This document shows positions 29,604 to 39,975 of a DNA stretch of 64,000 nucleotides, piece by piece. The notes below the pieces were generated by a model, which saw only the letters and a program-made list of their open reading frames with translations, was not told the origin of the DNA and made no database searches. The stretch is from a virus. Lineage: Duplodnaviria; Caudoviricetes. The number at the start of each line of letters is the position of its first letter. Position 1 is the first letter of the stretch. The stretch lies in IMG/VR virus record IMGVR_UViG_3300032239_001501, positions 64,001-128,000 of that record. The stretch is one strand, 5' to 3'. The translations under genes and the position numbers were made by a program.

Positions 29604-31171
29604 TGAGCAGACCAATATTTTTTCAATGTTTAGTTTTAGATAATAATGATCCTCTTATGCTAGGAAGAATTAGAGGAACTTTAATAACGGATAACTATAC
29701 TGATATCATAAGAAGTTTTGATGATCCACCTTGGAATGAGACAAAAGATGCGTGGACAGAAAGAGACCCTTTTATTTTTAACCCATTATTACCATATTTT
29801 ATTTATCAAGTTCCAAAAGTAAAAGAACTAGTACAGATAATGTATTTAAATAGAGATTTTAAATATCAAAATCAATATTATGTACAAAACAGTTTTTATT
29901 CTCCAACATCATCTTATTTCACTTATCAAGAAGGGGCTAATAAATTTACTGGTACGGGTATGCAAATTGAAAACCCAAAACCATTAAAAAACACATTAGG
30001 GTCTACAGTAGTAGGAGGTGCAACAACAGCAAGTAATTCAGGTGGTATATATACTGAAAAAGGACTACATCAAGGAGTTTTTCCTGAGCCAGGAGATAAC
30101 GCAATTTTAGGAAGAGGAAGTGCAGATTTAATTGTAAAAGAAAATGAAGTATTATTAAGAGCAGGTAAATTTGAAGGAGAACAATTACAACCAAATGTAA
30201 TTCCTGTTGCAAATACAAAAAGAGGATTTTTACAACTTTCAAGATTTCCAAGTGTTAAAATTCCATTAGAACCAAAAACTTATTTAGAGATTGAAGAAAA
30301 AGTTTTAATTGTAAGATATCTTGTAGAATGGTCAATAGATAATCCAGAAAATACTTATGACTTATTTACAGGCGCAGTTTATTTATATCAACTTAAACCT
30401 GATTTATCAACAAATACACAAAATGTTACAGTTAATTCGGTTATCAACGAGAATTTAAAAACTTTAGTTACTTTTCAAGAATTTATTGGTTTAAATAGAA
30501 CAGACACAATTAATTATATTAATAATTTTATTAGATCATGCAATAGTGATTTTATTACAAAACAAGGTAATCAATTATTTCCATCAACTTTAACTGATAG
30601 ATATCCAATTTATTATAGACCCAATAATAGAACTTATTCATATATATCACCATCAAATCCTACAACACAAAATATTGAATTTAATAATGTTTCAAACATA
30701 TTTTCTCAAATAAGATTATTTGCACCATTAAAACAATCAGGATATGGATTAATTTATAAAAAAGATACTGTTGGCACCCCAATGGATACGAAAACAATTA
30801 TTGTCCCGCAATCAAAATATTACGGAACTCCACAAACATATTCGGCTCTTGGTGGAGATAAATTATTTTTATTATCTCATCAAAGTGCAATACCAGGAAA
30901 GAAAAAAATTAATTTTGACGATACTTTATATGGGATATCTAATGATAAATTTTCTGATGATATAATGCCTAATACGTCAAGTACTGTTAGAGGAGAAGAG
31001 TTATTGGAATTGTTAAATTTAATCACAAGATTTTTATTAACACATACACACGCATTTCCTGGATTACCTCCAGTTCCTATAACTCAAGATGGAACATCCT
31101 CAACTCAAATACTTACAGAGCTACAAAACGCGGTTACAAAAATTTTAAATGAGAATATTCGTATTAATTGA
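29603..31171 (+). CDS. Baseplate hub/central spike (gp5/gpV-like) protein
   Basis: N-terminal V.DNNDPLMLGRIR OB-fold-like motif; C-terminal GEEL...THTH (HxH spike-tip-like motif). Confidence 0.55.
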   Translation: MSRPIFFQCLVLDNNDPLMLGRIRGTLITDNYTDIIRSFDDPPWNETKDAWTERDPFIFNPLLPYFIYQVPKVKELVQIMYLNRDFKYQNQYYVQNSFYSPTSSYFTYQEGANKFTGTGMQIENPKPLKNTLGSTVVGGATTASNSGGIYTEKGLHQGVFPEPGDNAILGRGSADLIVKENEVLLRAGKFEGEQLQPNVIPVANTKRGFLQLSRFPSVKIPLEPKTYLEIEEKVLIVRYLVEWSIDNPENTYDLFTGAVYLYQLKPDLSTNTQNVTVNSVINENLKTLVTFQEFIGLNRTDTINYINNFIRSCNSDFITKQGNQLFPSTLTDRYPIYYRPNNRTYSYISPSNPTTQNIEFNNVSNIFSQIRLFAPLKQSGYGLIYKKDTVGTPMDTKTIIVPQSKYYGTPQTYSALGGDKLFLLSHQSAIPGKKKINFDDTLYGISNDKFSDDIMPNTSSTVRGEELLELLNLITRFLLTHTHAFPGLPPVPITQDGTSSTQILTELQNAVTKILNENIRIN

Positions 31172-31191
31172 TATTTATTGAAAAAGATTAA

Positions 31192-32691
31192 ATGTCAATT
31201 TTAAGGTCATACATAGATAAAAATAATACCATCACATCAAATTCATATGTTAACACAGCAAGGAACCCTATTGTTGAGTTAAATTTTGGAGCATCGGATT
31301 ATATTGTCCCAAACTATGGGTATACAAGATACATCTTTAATTTAGATTTGGAATTGTTAAGAGAAGATATTATAACAGGAGTTATATCAACAGGTTGTAC
31401 TTCAGCAATGACTCACACCCTTCAAATGACAAATACATCGTCATTTGATAATGAATTACTTAATACATTCATGTCAAATGAAAGAAGAAGAGCATCATCA
31501 TTTGATTTAATATTATTTAGAATACCAAAAACATCAGGAGATACTGGAAATCCACAATATTGGGATGAAGGTGTTGGATTTGATTATAACGATTTTAATA
31601 TTAACCACAATAGCGCCATAGGAGGATCTACCCCACTTACTTATGTAGATAGTAGATCATTCTCAACAAGACCTTCAAATTGGTACCAAACAACAACAAT
31701 AGATGATTGGTCTCAACCAGGAATTTATAATAATAAAAATCAAGGATTAGTTAATTACGATGATTTAACAATTGTTGCAAGACAACATTTTGAATTAGGT
31801 AATGAAGATATTAATATGGATATGACTTCAGAAATTCAAGGTATCTTAGACGGGTCTATTACAGGAGTTACAGGGTGGGGATTGGCTTATTTACCACAAA
31901 TAGAAAATATCACTGGATTAACCGACAGTTATAGTGTTGCATTCTTTTCCAAATATACCCAAACTTTTTACCAACCATTTTTATTAACAAATTACGATGA
32001 CTTAATTAAAGATGATAGAAATATTTTTTTGAAAAACCAAGTAAATAAACTATATCTATATGTTTATCAAAATGGTGATTTAGTTAATTTAGATTCTGAC
32101 CCATTTGTAAGAATTGAAAATACTAATGGTGATGCAGTTTCAGGTATGACTTCATTGTCAACCTGTTTAAGAACTAAAGGTGTTTATGAAGTTGTGGTAC
32201 CAAATGGATTTACAGGAGCAACACCTTGTATGTATTACGATATATGGTCAGGTTTAACAATTAATGGACAATGTATACCTAACGTACAAAATCAATTTAT
32301 TTTACAACAGTATAGTGCTGGTATCCAAATTGGAACTATGTCTCAAGATCCTAAAAAATTTGGATTCAGTTTTTATGGTATTTTACAAAATGAACAAATT
32401 CTTAATTCTGATATCCGTAAAGTTGGGGTAACAATTAAAAAAGCATATACAGGACAAGTTCCATTAGAAAACATTTCAGCATTTTATAGAGTATACGTTA
32501 AAGAAGGAACTACTGAAGTTCAAGTTCAAGATTGGACTCCTATTAACAGAACACCAAATGAATATTATTTTATATTTGACATGAGAGATAAAATTCCAAA
32601 TCAATATTATGTTGATATTCAAGTGAATACTTCAGGAGAAAAAGATACTTATAAGAAACAATTAACCTTTAATATTGTAAATAAAAAATAA
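31192..32691 (+). CDS. Probable virion structural protein
   Basis: 499 aa, beta-rich composition; late motif at 31172-31179. Confidence 0.5.
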   Translation: MSILRSYIDKNNTITSNSYVNTARNPIVELNFGASDYIVPNYGYTRYIFNLDLELLREDIITGVISTGCTSAMTHTLQMTNTSSFDNELLNTFMSNERRRASSFDLILFRIPKTSGDTGNPQYWDEGVGFDYNDFNINHNSAIGGSTPLTYVDSRSFSTRPSNWYQTTTIDDWSQPGIYNNKNQGLVNYDDLTIVARQHFELGNEDINMDMTSEIQGILDGSITGVTGWGLAYLPQIENITGLTDSYSVAFFSKYTQTFYQPFLLTNYDDLIKDDRNIFLKNQVNKLYLYVYQNGDLVNLDSDPFVRIENTNGDAVSGMTSLSTCLRTKGVYEVVVPNGFTGATPCMYYDIWSGLTINGQCIPNVQNQFILQQYSAGIQIGTMSQDPKKFGFSFYGILQNEQILNSDIRKVGVTIKKAYTGQVPLENISAFYRVYVKEGTTEVQVQDWTPINRTPNEYYFIFDMRDKIPNQYYVDIQVNTSGEKDTYKKQLTFNIVNKK

Positions 32692-32696
32692 TTAAA

Positions 32697-33161
32697 ATGA
32701 ATAAAGTAATTAAATTAACAGAAAGAGATTTAAACATTCTTGTAAAGAAAGTTTTACAAGAACAAGAAGAAGTAAACTATATGTTTTTTAGCAACTTAGA
32801 ACAAATCAAAAGACAATGTGAAATGATGCTTGAGATGGACCCTAATAAAATTGATGAATTAATTCAAAACGGTCATGATTGGGCTGATGATCATATATCC
32901 GAAGCCAAAACTAATATTGACCAAGTTTTTGATTTCTTCAAAAATGAAATGAGTAAAAAATCTGAATATATTGATTATGAAGATATTCATGAAGGTAGAA
33001 AAAAAACAGGTACTAAACTGTGTGCGAGAGGAAAAGCTGCGGCTAAAGCAAAATTTAAAATTTACCCCTCAGCTTATGGAAATGGGTACGCAGTACAAGT
33101 ATGTAAAGGAAAGATTAAAGGATTAGACGGTAAAAAACATTGTTCAGGATCATATTGTTAA
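32697..33161 (+). CDS. Probable internal head protein with a basic Cys-containing C-terminal domain
   Basis: N-terminal KVIKLTERDLNILVKKVLQE; C-terminal CARGKAAAKAKF.IYPSAY.NGYAVQVC. Confidence 0.55.
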   Translation: MNKVIKLTERDLNILVKKVLQEQEEVNYMFFSNLEQIKRQCEMMLEMDPNKIDELIQNGHDWADDHISEAKTNIDQVFDFFKNEMSKKSEYIDYEDIHEGRKKTGTKLCARGKAAAKAKFKIYPSAYGNGYAVQVCKGKIKGLDGKKHCSGSYC

Positions 33162-33185
33162 TTTAAAAAAAACATTTTATATTTG
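33154..33185 (+). promoter_or_regulatory. Bacteroidota-type housekeeping promoter
   Basis: ATTG (33154-33157), N20, TATATTTG (33178-33185), just before ATG 33190. Confidence 0.55.
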
Positions 33186-33189
33186 TGGT

Positions 33190-33591
33190 ATGACTACAAA
33201 CGAAAATTCAGGAATTTTATTTAGAATATTTTTATATTTAAAAAATAAATTTGACCCAAAACCTGATGTACCTGAAGAAGTTGATACTTGTGTTAACATA
33301 GTATTAAAAGTACTTGAATATGAAGACACTGAATTAGTTTTTGCTCCAGTATCCAACAAAAGATTTATTATTAATGATAAGAGAGGTATGGCAATTACTA
33401 TAGAAGATAGAGTTGTTCATATTATCAATCATGTATATAGTTACAGCGTATACATGGAAAGTAATGAACATTACGGTAAAATAATAAAAAAATTTAATGA
33501 AATTTCTGAAAAGAATAAAATTGAATTAGAACATAAAATTGTTAATAATATTAAACATTCATTAACAAAAATATTAGAGGGACTCCCTTAA
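33190..33591 (+). CDS. Hypothetical protein
   Basis: 133-aa ORF with its own host-type promoter. Confidence 0.6.
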   Translation: MTTNENSGILFRIFLYLKNKFDPKPDVPEEVDTCVNIVLKVLEYEDTELVFAPVSNKRFIINDKRGMAITIEDRVVHIINHVYSYSVYMESNEHYGKIIKKFNEISEKNKIELEHKIVNNIKHSLTKILEGLP

Positions 33592-34257
33592 AATTTTTTT
33601 AATTAAATCTTTAAGGGATTCATTTTTAGGTTCATAATGAGTCATTTTAGGTTTGTTACCCGTACCTGATTTTGAATGTGTTTTTTCAGCCTTTCTTTTT
33701 TGTTGACATGCTGATTTTTTTTGAGAGTCACTCATTTTACTTGCAACTCCGGCCGCTCTACATTTTGGATATCCTTTATCACTTGCCTCAGGTCTTCCAC
33801 AAGGAGGGTGTTTACCATTCTTATCTTTACGACATATATTAACCCAAGGCCCTGAAGGTTGTTTACTTCCTTTTGGTTTTTTCTTTGTTCCAAACCAAAC
33901 AGCTAAATCTTCTTTAAGGGGACCAACTGATTGTTTAATAAGTTTTTCAGGTGGTTCAATATCGGCAATATTACTACCCTCATCGTCATTTTGACCTGTA
34001 TAAAAATTTTTTAAATATTGGTCTAATGCTCCAATTTTTTTTGTTTTCTTTTCAATTTGAGATCTTTTCTCAGGTGATTCTTTAAATTCTCCGGATGCCT
34101 CTTCATACGCTAATTCTGCGTTTGTATATCTATATACAGGTAAAATATATGGGCCTAATTGGTCTTCAGTCCAAATTTCTGGTGCAAGAACGATAGGTAC
34201 TTTAAATTTACCTGATCCACTTGAACCTGTGGCTTCATTTATTCTATTTTTTTTCAT
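33574..34257 (-). CDS. Probable internal head protein with a basic Cys-containing domain
   Basis: LKEDLAVWF...WVNI...PCGR....YPKCR; C-terminal ESLKDLIKKILRE; late motif at 34271-34278. Confidence 0.55.
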   Translation of the reverse strand: MKKNRINEATGSSGSGKFKVPIVLAPEIWTEDQLGPYILPVYRYTNAELAYEEASGEFKESPEKRSQIEKKTKKIGALDQYLKNFYTGQNDDEGSNIADIEPPEKLIKQSVGPLKEDLAVWFGTKKKPKGSKQPSGPWVNICRKDKNGKHPPCGRPEASDKGYPKCRAAGVASKMSDSQKKSACQQKRKAEKTHSKSGTGNKPKMTHYEPKNESLKDLIKKILRESL

Positions 34258-34288
34258 ATACTTAATCTATAATAAATATCTCTTAATT

Positions 34289-34504
34289 ATGAATATGGAA
34301 GAACAAGGAGAATTCTTATTTGAATCAATAAGATATAAGTCCCCTGAAGATGTTGAAAAATTTATTGAATCTATGGATTCAGTTCAATCATTTTATGTTT
34401 TAACTAAAGCAATAGAAATGGCTTACTCCAGAGGGGTATATTCTCTTCAAGAATCGGAGATATTATCTAAATCAATAAGAATACTCACAAAGAATTTAAA
34501 GTGA
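34289..34504 (+). CDS. Small hypothetical protein
   Basis: ATG at 34289 (MNMEEQGEFLFES...); the longer GTG start overlaps the opposite gene. Confidence 0.55.
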   Translation: MNMEEQGEFLFESIRYKSPEDVEKFIESMDSVQSFYVLTKAIEMAYSRGVYSLQESEILSKSIRILTKNLK

Positions 34505-34541
34505 TAAAATGGACTTAATATTAGTCTATTCCACTAAAGAA

Positions 34542-34569
34542 AAAAAGGGACAATTTCTTGTCCCTTTTT
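34542..34569. terminator. Bidirectional terminator after the major capsid gene
   Basis: AAAAAGGGACAA-TTTC-TTGTCCCTTTTT perfect hairpin between convergent genes. Confidence 0.85.
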
Positions 34570-34590
34570 AGTGTATTTGTTTAAAATTGA

Positions 34591-36411
34591 TTATCTCAAT
34601 TCTTTTAAATCAAATGTTCTAACACCATCAACTGTAATACGTCCGTAAAATCTGTTGTTCACCATTTTCTTAGCGTATCTAGTCATGATACCTTTGATTG
34701 GTGTAAAGTTAAACGGATTGTACATTGTTGGAGTTAATTGTAGTGGTACATACGGTGCGTAGATGTAACCAGTGTCTAACAAAGAAGTTCCTTTGTGACC
34801 CATCAAAACTTGGTTTGCTGGGAAGTAAGGGTCTCTGTAAACTTGGTAACGACCTGCTAATGTTCCAACTCTTTCAATACCCATGTTGTACTGATCTTGT
34901 TCTGGTGCTGCATTTGATACGTGGAAATATTCCAAATCATCAAAAATTGCACTGATTTCAGAAGAAACAACGATCCAGTTAGCACCACCTCTCAAAGTAG
35001 ATTTGTGGATTTGAGCTGAAATTTGGTTGATTGCTGTAATCAAAGTTTGGTTCCAATCTTTTTGAGTGTAAGGAACTGCACTTGATCCAAGTCTTTTCCA
35101 ACCGTTGTAATCCCATCTTAGGTTCCAAGCTGCGCCTTTTCTCAAATCTCTCAAGATTTCTCTATCAATTTCTGCTGCAACTTGCTCAGACAATAATGCT
35201 GTTAATTCAGCTTCAGCGTCAATGTTGTGGAAAGCCGCAACGTCTTGAGCCATTTCAGGAGACCATTGTGCTCTTAATTTTCTTTCAGTTACAGAAACTG
35301 TTACTGACATTAAGTCAAATGAAACCTCACCGATTCTATCTTCAAATTCCAAGTTCTTATAGATTCTATAAGTAGGAACGAAAGCGTTGTTATTTGCTGT
35401 TGAAGAAGAGAAAGTAGAACCTGTGTAACCGTCCATAGAACCGCCACAAGTAATACATACTGGTACTTGCAAATCAACCTCTAAGTAAATGAAACCTTGA
35501 GCGTCACAAATGTTGTCGTATTGACCACCACCTGTTTTACTGTTAGGGAATGTAAGTGTTTCATTGTTATTACCGTATTGAACGATACCTTTACCATATC
35601 TTTGAGTTACAACTCTGAATAAGTAAGGACCTGATCCACCACCTTGACCTGTGCCTGAAGTAGTTGTGTTAGTACCGATACCCCAAATAGTCAAATCAGA
35701 CAAGAATGATTCGTTGTCGATCGGGTTACCATCTGGTCCGATTAATTTACCTGCAGCATCAGATGCGAAACCTGACATAATAACTAATACTTTTCTGTAA
35801 TCAGTTAAAGCGTAAGCAGCTGGTTCTAAGTTTAATGTTGTGTTATTCCAAAGTGCAGTTACTGCAGTACCTGTTACAGCTGAGAACTCACCTTTAGAGT
35901 AGTCAAATAAACCTGGAGGATCTAATGCTGGTTCATTACCTTCATAAAATCTATCATAAAGATCTTTACCTACATTATAATCGTAACCTGCGTTAGGACT
36001 ATCTGGACCATTTGGTGCTCCATAAGGTGCATAGTGTGTTCCACCATTACCATATTCTGCTCCACCTGTTTCATACTGTTGAATGTTAGGTACAAAATAG
36101 AACAATTTACCGATTGGTAAGTTCATAGCTTGTACTGAAACGATATCGTTTGCTAATAATTTAGAGAATACACGTCTAACGATTGGGAAAACCACTGTTT
36201 CAAATGCTCCTGTATCAGAAGTAGATGATGCTTCATTGATTAAAAATGATGCTTGGTTTTCGTATAATTGTGCTACGTTTTCTCTCATGTGACCTTTAAG
36301 ACCTTCTAAAAAGCCTAATTTGTCCCATTTGTTGATTGTATCTTCTTTGATAACTTTAAGGTGCTTAAGACCGATGTTACCAACAAGACCTGATTCTAAT
36401 AATGCTCCCAT
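34591..36411 (-). CDS. Major capsid protein (T4 gp23-like)
   Basis: FPIVRRVF, VSVQAMNLPIG, RKLRAQWSPEMAQD, IDAEAELT, EIDREI, YAPYVPL, PIKGIMTRY. Confidence 0.96.
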   Translation of the reverse strand: MGALLESGLVGNIGLKHLKVIKEDTINKWDKLGFLEGLKGHMRENVAQLYENQASFLINEASSTSDTGAFETVVFPIVRRVFSKLLANDIVSVQAMNLPIGKLFYFVPNIQQYETGGAEYGNGGTHYAPYGAPNGPDSPNAGYDYNVGKDLYDRFYEGNEPALDPPGLFDYSKGEFSAVTGTAVTALWNNTTLNLEPAAYALTDYRKVLVIMSGFASDAAGKLIGPDGNPIDNESFLSDLTIWGIGTNTTTSGTGQGGGSGPYLFRVVTQRYGKGIVQYGNNNETLTFPNSKTGGGQYDNICDAQGFIYLEVDLQVPVCITCGGSMDGYTGSTFSSSTANNNAFVPTYRIYKNLEFEDRIGEVSFDLMSVTVSVTERKLRAQWSPEMAQDVAAFHNIDAEAELTALLSEQVAAEIDREILRDLRKGAAWNLRWDYNGWKRLGSSAVPYTQKDWNQTLITAINQISAQIHKSTLRGGANWIVVSSEISAIFDDLEYFHVSNAAPEQDQYNMGIERVGTLAGRYQVYRDPYFPANQVLMGHKGTSLLDTGYIYAPYVPLQLTPTMYNPFNFTPIKGIMTRYAKKMVNNRFYGRITVDGVRTFDLKELR

Positions 36412-36447
36412 TTTTTTAAAATTTTGTTTTTTTAATTTATTTTTTAA

Positions 36448-38115
36448 TTAACCTAATTTAGACATTAAATCTTTCATTCTTAAGAACTGAGGATTTTCAT
36501 ATGTCTTAGATTCAATTAGATTAGCTGATGAACCTGTAGAAACTTGTTTGTTTAATTTTGTTTCAACTGATTCAGTAATTGGTTGTGTGTCTCCTTTAGT
36601 TAATTCGTCTTTGATTGACTTATAAAGATTTTTTGATTCTTTTAAAGTTTCAACTCCGTCAAATCTTCTAAGGATGTTTATTTTTTCTTTTTTAGTTGTT
36701 GAATGTTCTGTGAACAATCTTGTAGCGTAAGCTAAGTTTGAATTGAAGATTGCAACTTCATTAAGTTTTTCTCTGAAAACATTCAATGCTTTTCTATATT
36801 CATCGTTCTTTTCTCTCAACATACTAACTTCTGCATTAACTGATTCGTTTTTAATTGCTGTGTTGAATTTAGAGTGTGCTCTTGGTTTAGGAAGACCACC
36901 TTTTCTAAAATCAGAACCCATACCTAAAGTTCTTGCTGCTTCCTTAGTTTCTCCTTTTTCAAAACCAGCGTCATCTCTACGAGCTTTAGTAGATTTAAGA
37001 TCTTTTGAAGCAATTTTACCGTGCTTCATAGACAATCTTTCATCTTCTTTATCTTTGTATCCTTGACCTTCTTTAGTTTCTGCTTTAACAACTTTAGATT
37101 TACCTTCCATGTTACCACCTTTCTTGTATTCAAATTTTGCTTTACCAGTACCTACTGATTTAGGACCTTGTTTTTTGTCCTCTTTAAATCCACCTGCAGA
37201 TTTCTTGTAAGTGAATTTAGGTCCTGAGCCAATTCCAACACCTTTAGGTTTAACGGTTGATTTACCTTCTTTAATGTAAGATTCATCCATGTCAGATTCT
37301 TCTTCATCATCGTCGTATTCTTCTTCATCATCGTCGTATTCTTCATCCATTTGCATGTCCGAGTCTTCATCTAATTCTTCATCTAATTCTTCATCCATGT
37401 CAGATTCTTCTTCATCATTGTCTTCTTCATCCATTTGGTAAGATTCATCTTCTTCATCAGAATCTTCATCTAAATGAATTTCGTAAACGACTTCTTCATC
37501 CATTTCCATATCTGAATCATCATCAGATTCTACATCATCCATATCAACTTCTGATGTGTCTCCGTTTTTAGAGAAAATAGCATCAATAACGTCTTGTACT
37601 GATTCGTCTGTTTCTTGGTTCATAATTTCATCCATTTCATTCATGTTTATTTCTTCGTCTTCTTCAGACTCACCAAGCTTAACAAGATATTCTGTATCAG
37701 CGTCATCATCTGTTAGGTGAATATTGTTACCATCTTTTTTAACGATGATTCCATCTTCTTCACCCATAGCTTTGAACACTTTCAGAATTTCTTCATCAGA
37801 TGCGTCAGTTAAATCTATAGGACTTTCTTCTGAATCCATGTCCATGTCTGTATCTACATCCATATCCATTTCATCGTTATCTACATTCATGTCAACATCA
37901 GTATCTACGTCAGTATCTACATCTGTGTCGTCCATGTCTGTATCTAGACCAATCTCTTCTTCATCATCTTGTTCTGAGAGAGATTCTTTTACTAATTGAT
38001 TGATTTCTTCTTTCATTGTAGAATGAAGTATTCCTTTTGCATTTTCGGCAATAGCTTCTTCAACTTGTTTCATTTGAATAAGAGCCTCTTGTACTAAATT
38101 TTTATTTTCTTGCAT
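36448..38115 (-). CDS. Prohead core/scaffold protein (gp22-like position)
   Basis: Very acidic N-half and coiled-coil C-terminus (LNEVAIFNSNLAY); many L/I-x-E sites; directly upstream of the capsid gene. Confidence 0.75.
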   Translation of the reverse strand: MQENKNLVQEALIQMKQVEEAIAENAKGILHSTMKEEINQLVKESLSEQDDEEEIGLDTDMDDTDVDTDVDTDVDMNVDNDEMDMDVDTDMDMDSEESPIDLTDASDEEILKVFKAMGEEDGIIVKKDGNNIHLTDDDADTEYLVKLGESEEDEEINMNEMDEIMNQETDESVQDVIDAIFSKNGDTSEVDMDDVESDDDSDMEMDEEVVYEIHLDEDSDEEDESYQMDEEDNDEEESDMDEELDEELDEDSDMQMDEEYDDDEEEYDDDEEESDMDESYIKEGKSTVKPKGVGIGSGPKFTYKKSAGGFKEDKKQGPKSVGTGKAKFEYKKGGNMEGKSKVVKAETKEGQGYKDKEDERLSMKHGKIASKDLKSTKARRDDAGFEKGETKEAARTLGMGSDFRKGGLPKPRAHSKFNTAIKNESVNAEVSMLREKNDEYRKALNVFREKLNEVAIFNSNLAYATRLFTEHSTTKKEKINILRRFDGVETLKESKNLYKSIKDELTKGDTQPITESVETKLNKQVSTGSSANLIESKTYENPQFLRMKDLMSKLG

Positions 38116-38243
38116 GAAAAATTATTTATTTAACTTATAAATAGTGTCAACTTGAAAAAAGTTTATGTTATACGATAACAAAGAGACTTATTTTGCAATA
38201 AGACACTTAAATTATTTATTTATAATAAATATTTCCATAAAAC

Positions 38244-38268
38244 AAAAAAAGTGGTCATGGACCACTTT
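38244..38268 (-). terminator. Rho-independent terminator
   Basis: AAAGTGGTC-ATG-GACCACTTT hairpin with an A-run on + (U-tract on -). Confidence 0.75.
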
Positions 38269-38287
38269 ATTCATTAATTAATTGATT

Positions 38288-38497
38288 TTACTCAATTACT
38301 TCATCAATTTTACTTTCAGACACTGAAGTTATTCTCCAATCATGTGTGAACCCTTCATACTTCTTTGTAACCTTTGCTTCAACATCGGTAACAGAATAAC
38401 CTCTAACAAGTTTTTCTTCTCTAATTTTTTTAATTTTTCCTGAATTCTCATCAGGTAAGTCATACTGAATTTTTGCTACAAAATATTTTTCTTCCAT
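38288..38497 (-). CDS. Small protein, DUF4494-like
   Basis: YFVAKIQY...KKIREEKLV.GYSVTDVEAKV resembles the Bacteroidota DUF4494 half-domain. Confidence 0.5.
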   Translation of the reverse strand: MEEKYFVAKIQYDLPDENSGKIKKIREEKLVRGYSVTDVEAKVTKKYEGFTHDWRITSVSESKIDEVIE

Positions 38498-38503
38498 TTT
38501 TAA

Positions 38504-39220
38504 TTATTTTCCTAAAAAATCGTTTAATTTTTTCATTAAGTCAACAGACTTGTCTACAAATTGATTTGAATCTTTACGATTTTTTTCTTCGTCTAAATTT
38601 TCTTCATATTTATTTCTATCTTCAGGGTTTACAAAAAGATATGCTCCAGGTGTTGATGGTGATGATACTAAGTCAAAACAAATTAATTCAAAATCATCTT
38701 GAACCTCATTTCTTTCTCCAACTTTTTTTAATGACCCAACTCCTCTTGAGGAAACTCCCATAGTAACTCCTTGTCTCATTAAGTTAGCCGCAATATCTCC
38801 TTTAGTTGATACCACACCTGTTTCATGAAAACCTGGAGAAGTTAAAAGTTTTATTTTTCCCATCAATATATTTCCTTCCCACCAAATATCTGTGATGAGA
38901 TGTGATACTCTATCTAAATCAATTAGTGATGATTCAGGGTGATTTAATTCTGATGTTGATAAACCTTTAGCGATTGCCTTTTTATAATTTTCTGCTTCTC
39001 TTTTAAGGATTTTTTCAGGATAGAATCTACCATTCCTATTTGGTGTATTATATTTTTGTAATACCGCATAAAATTCAAATGGATTTCTATAATCCAAATT
39101 AGCGGCTTCTTTTAAAATGTCAGCATTAAGTTTATCTTTTGGAGATATGTAACCTGCATCCATTTCAACTAAGATTCCATGCCCAAGTTCGTTTGCTTCT
39201 AATATTCTTAATTTTTTCAT
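38504..39220 (-). CDS. Prohead core protease (T4 gp21-like)
   Basis: NRNGRFYP, ELNHP, RVSH, GVSSRGVGSL, FDLVSSPS. Confidence 0.93.
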   Translation of the reverse strand: MKKLRILEANELGHGILVEMDAGYISPKDKLNADILKEAANLDYRNPFEFYAVLQKYNTPNRNGRFYPEKILKREAENYKKAIAKGLSTSELNHPESSLIDLDRVSHLITDIWWEGNILMGKIKLLTSPGFHETGVVSTKGDIAANLMRQGVTMGVSSRGVGSLKKVGERNEVQDDFELICFDLVSSPSTPGAYLFVNPEDRNKYEENLDEEKNRKDSNQFVDKSVDLMKKLNDFLGK

Positions 39221-39268
39221 CAATTGTTTTAAAATAAATATCTAATAATAGATAGTTTATTGATTACT

Positions 39269-39697
39269 TTATTTTTTTGATGTTGAAAAATCAAAATACT
39301 TATTTTCAATAATATTATTATTAAAGATATTTTTAATAATTTTTTTAATTGAATCTTTAATTTCTTGGGATTTAAAATCCACATCAATTATTGTGTAGAG
39401 ATTGACTTCCAAATTAAAAAATGATTTTTTTCCGTGTGATATTCCACTTGTTCGTAGGTCTAAATCAACAATACTTTTTTCTTTAAAGAGTTCTAATGGA
39501 ATTGAATTAAAAACTGAATGTTTTATTTCTCTATTTAAATTCCCTACTATTCGGGTCCAATTATCTTGTTCAAATTTTGGTGTAACCCATGATTGTATGT
39601 TTATGTATACTGATTTTAAATTTTTGGAATCTACAGTTCCATAAGTGGATTTAATAGGATGGTACAAATTTATTTTAACACTTTTCCCTTTTTTCAT
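39269..39697 (-). CDS. Hypothetical protein
   Basis: 142-aa ORF; TATATTTG on the - strand at 39739-39746. Confidence 0.6.
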   Translation of the reverse strand: MKKGKSVKINLYHPIKSTYGTVDSKNLKSVYINIQSWVTPKFEQDNWTRIVGNLNREIKHSVFNSIPLELFKEKSIVDLDLRTSGISHGKKSFFNLEVNLYTIIDVDFKSQEIKDSIKKIIKNIFNNNIIENKYFDFSTSKK

Positions 39698-39792
39698 TAA
39701 TTTTCATATTATTATGCGTTTATTTGTTAAAAAAATAACAAATATAAACTCAATAGTCAAAATTTTTATAAAAAATTAGATATTTTTAATAT

Positions 39793-39975
39793 ATGATAAT
39801 CATTGAAATAAAAAATAACGAAAATATTGATAGGGCTCTTAAATTATTAAAATCTAAAGTAATTAAGACAAAACAGAATCAAATTTTATTTGAAAGAAAA
39901 GAGTACAAAAAGAAATCGGTTCTAAGAAGAACCGAACTTTTAAAGGCGAAATATATTCAGAGTAAAAAGAATTAA
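39793..39975 (+). CDS. rpsU: Ribosomal protein bS21 (Bacteroidota type)
   Basis: MIII.IK..ENIDRALK..K.K...RKEYKKKSV.RR....KAKYIQ; 60 aa, basic. Confidence 0.88.
   Translation: MIIIEIKNNENIDRALKLLKSKVIKTKQNQILFERKEYKKKSVLRRTELLKAKYIQSKKN

Noticed and set aside
37290-37950. Short tandem repeats in the scaffold gene (and the 39-nt duplication near 47585-47665)
   Set aside because: Low-complexity acidic coding repeats, ordinary for scaffold and internal head proteins
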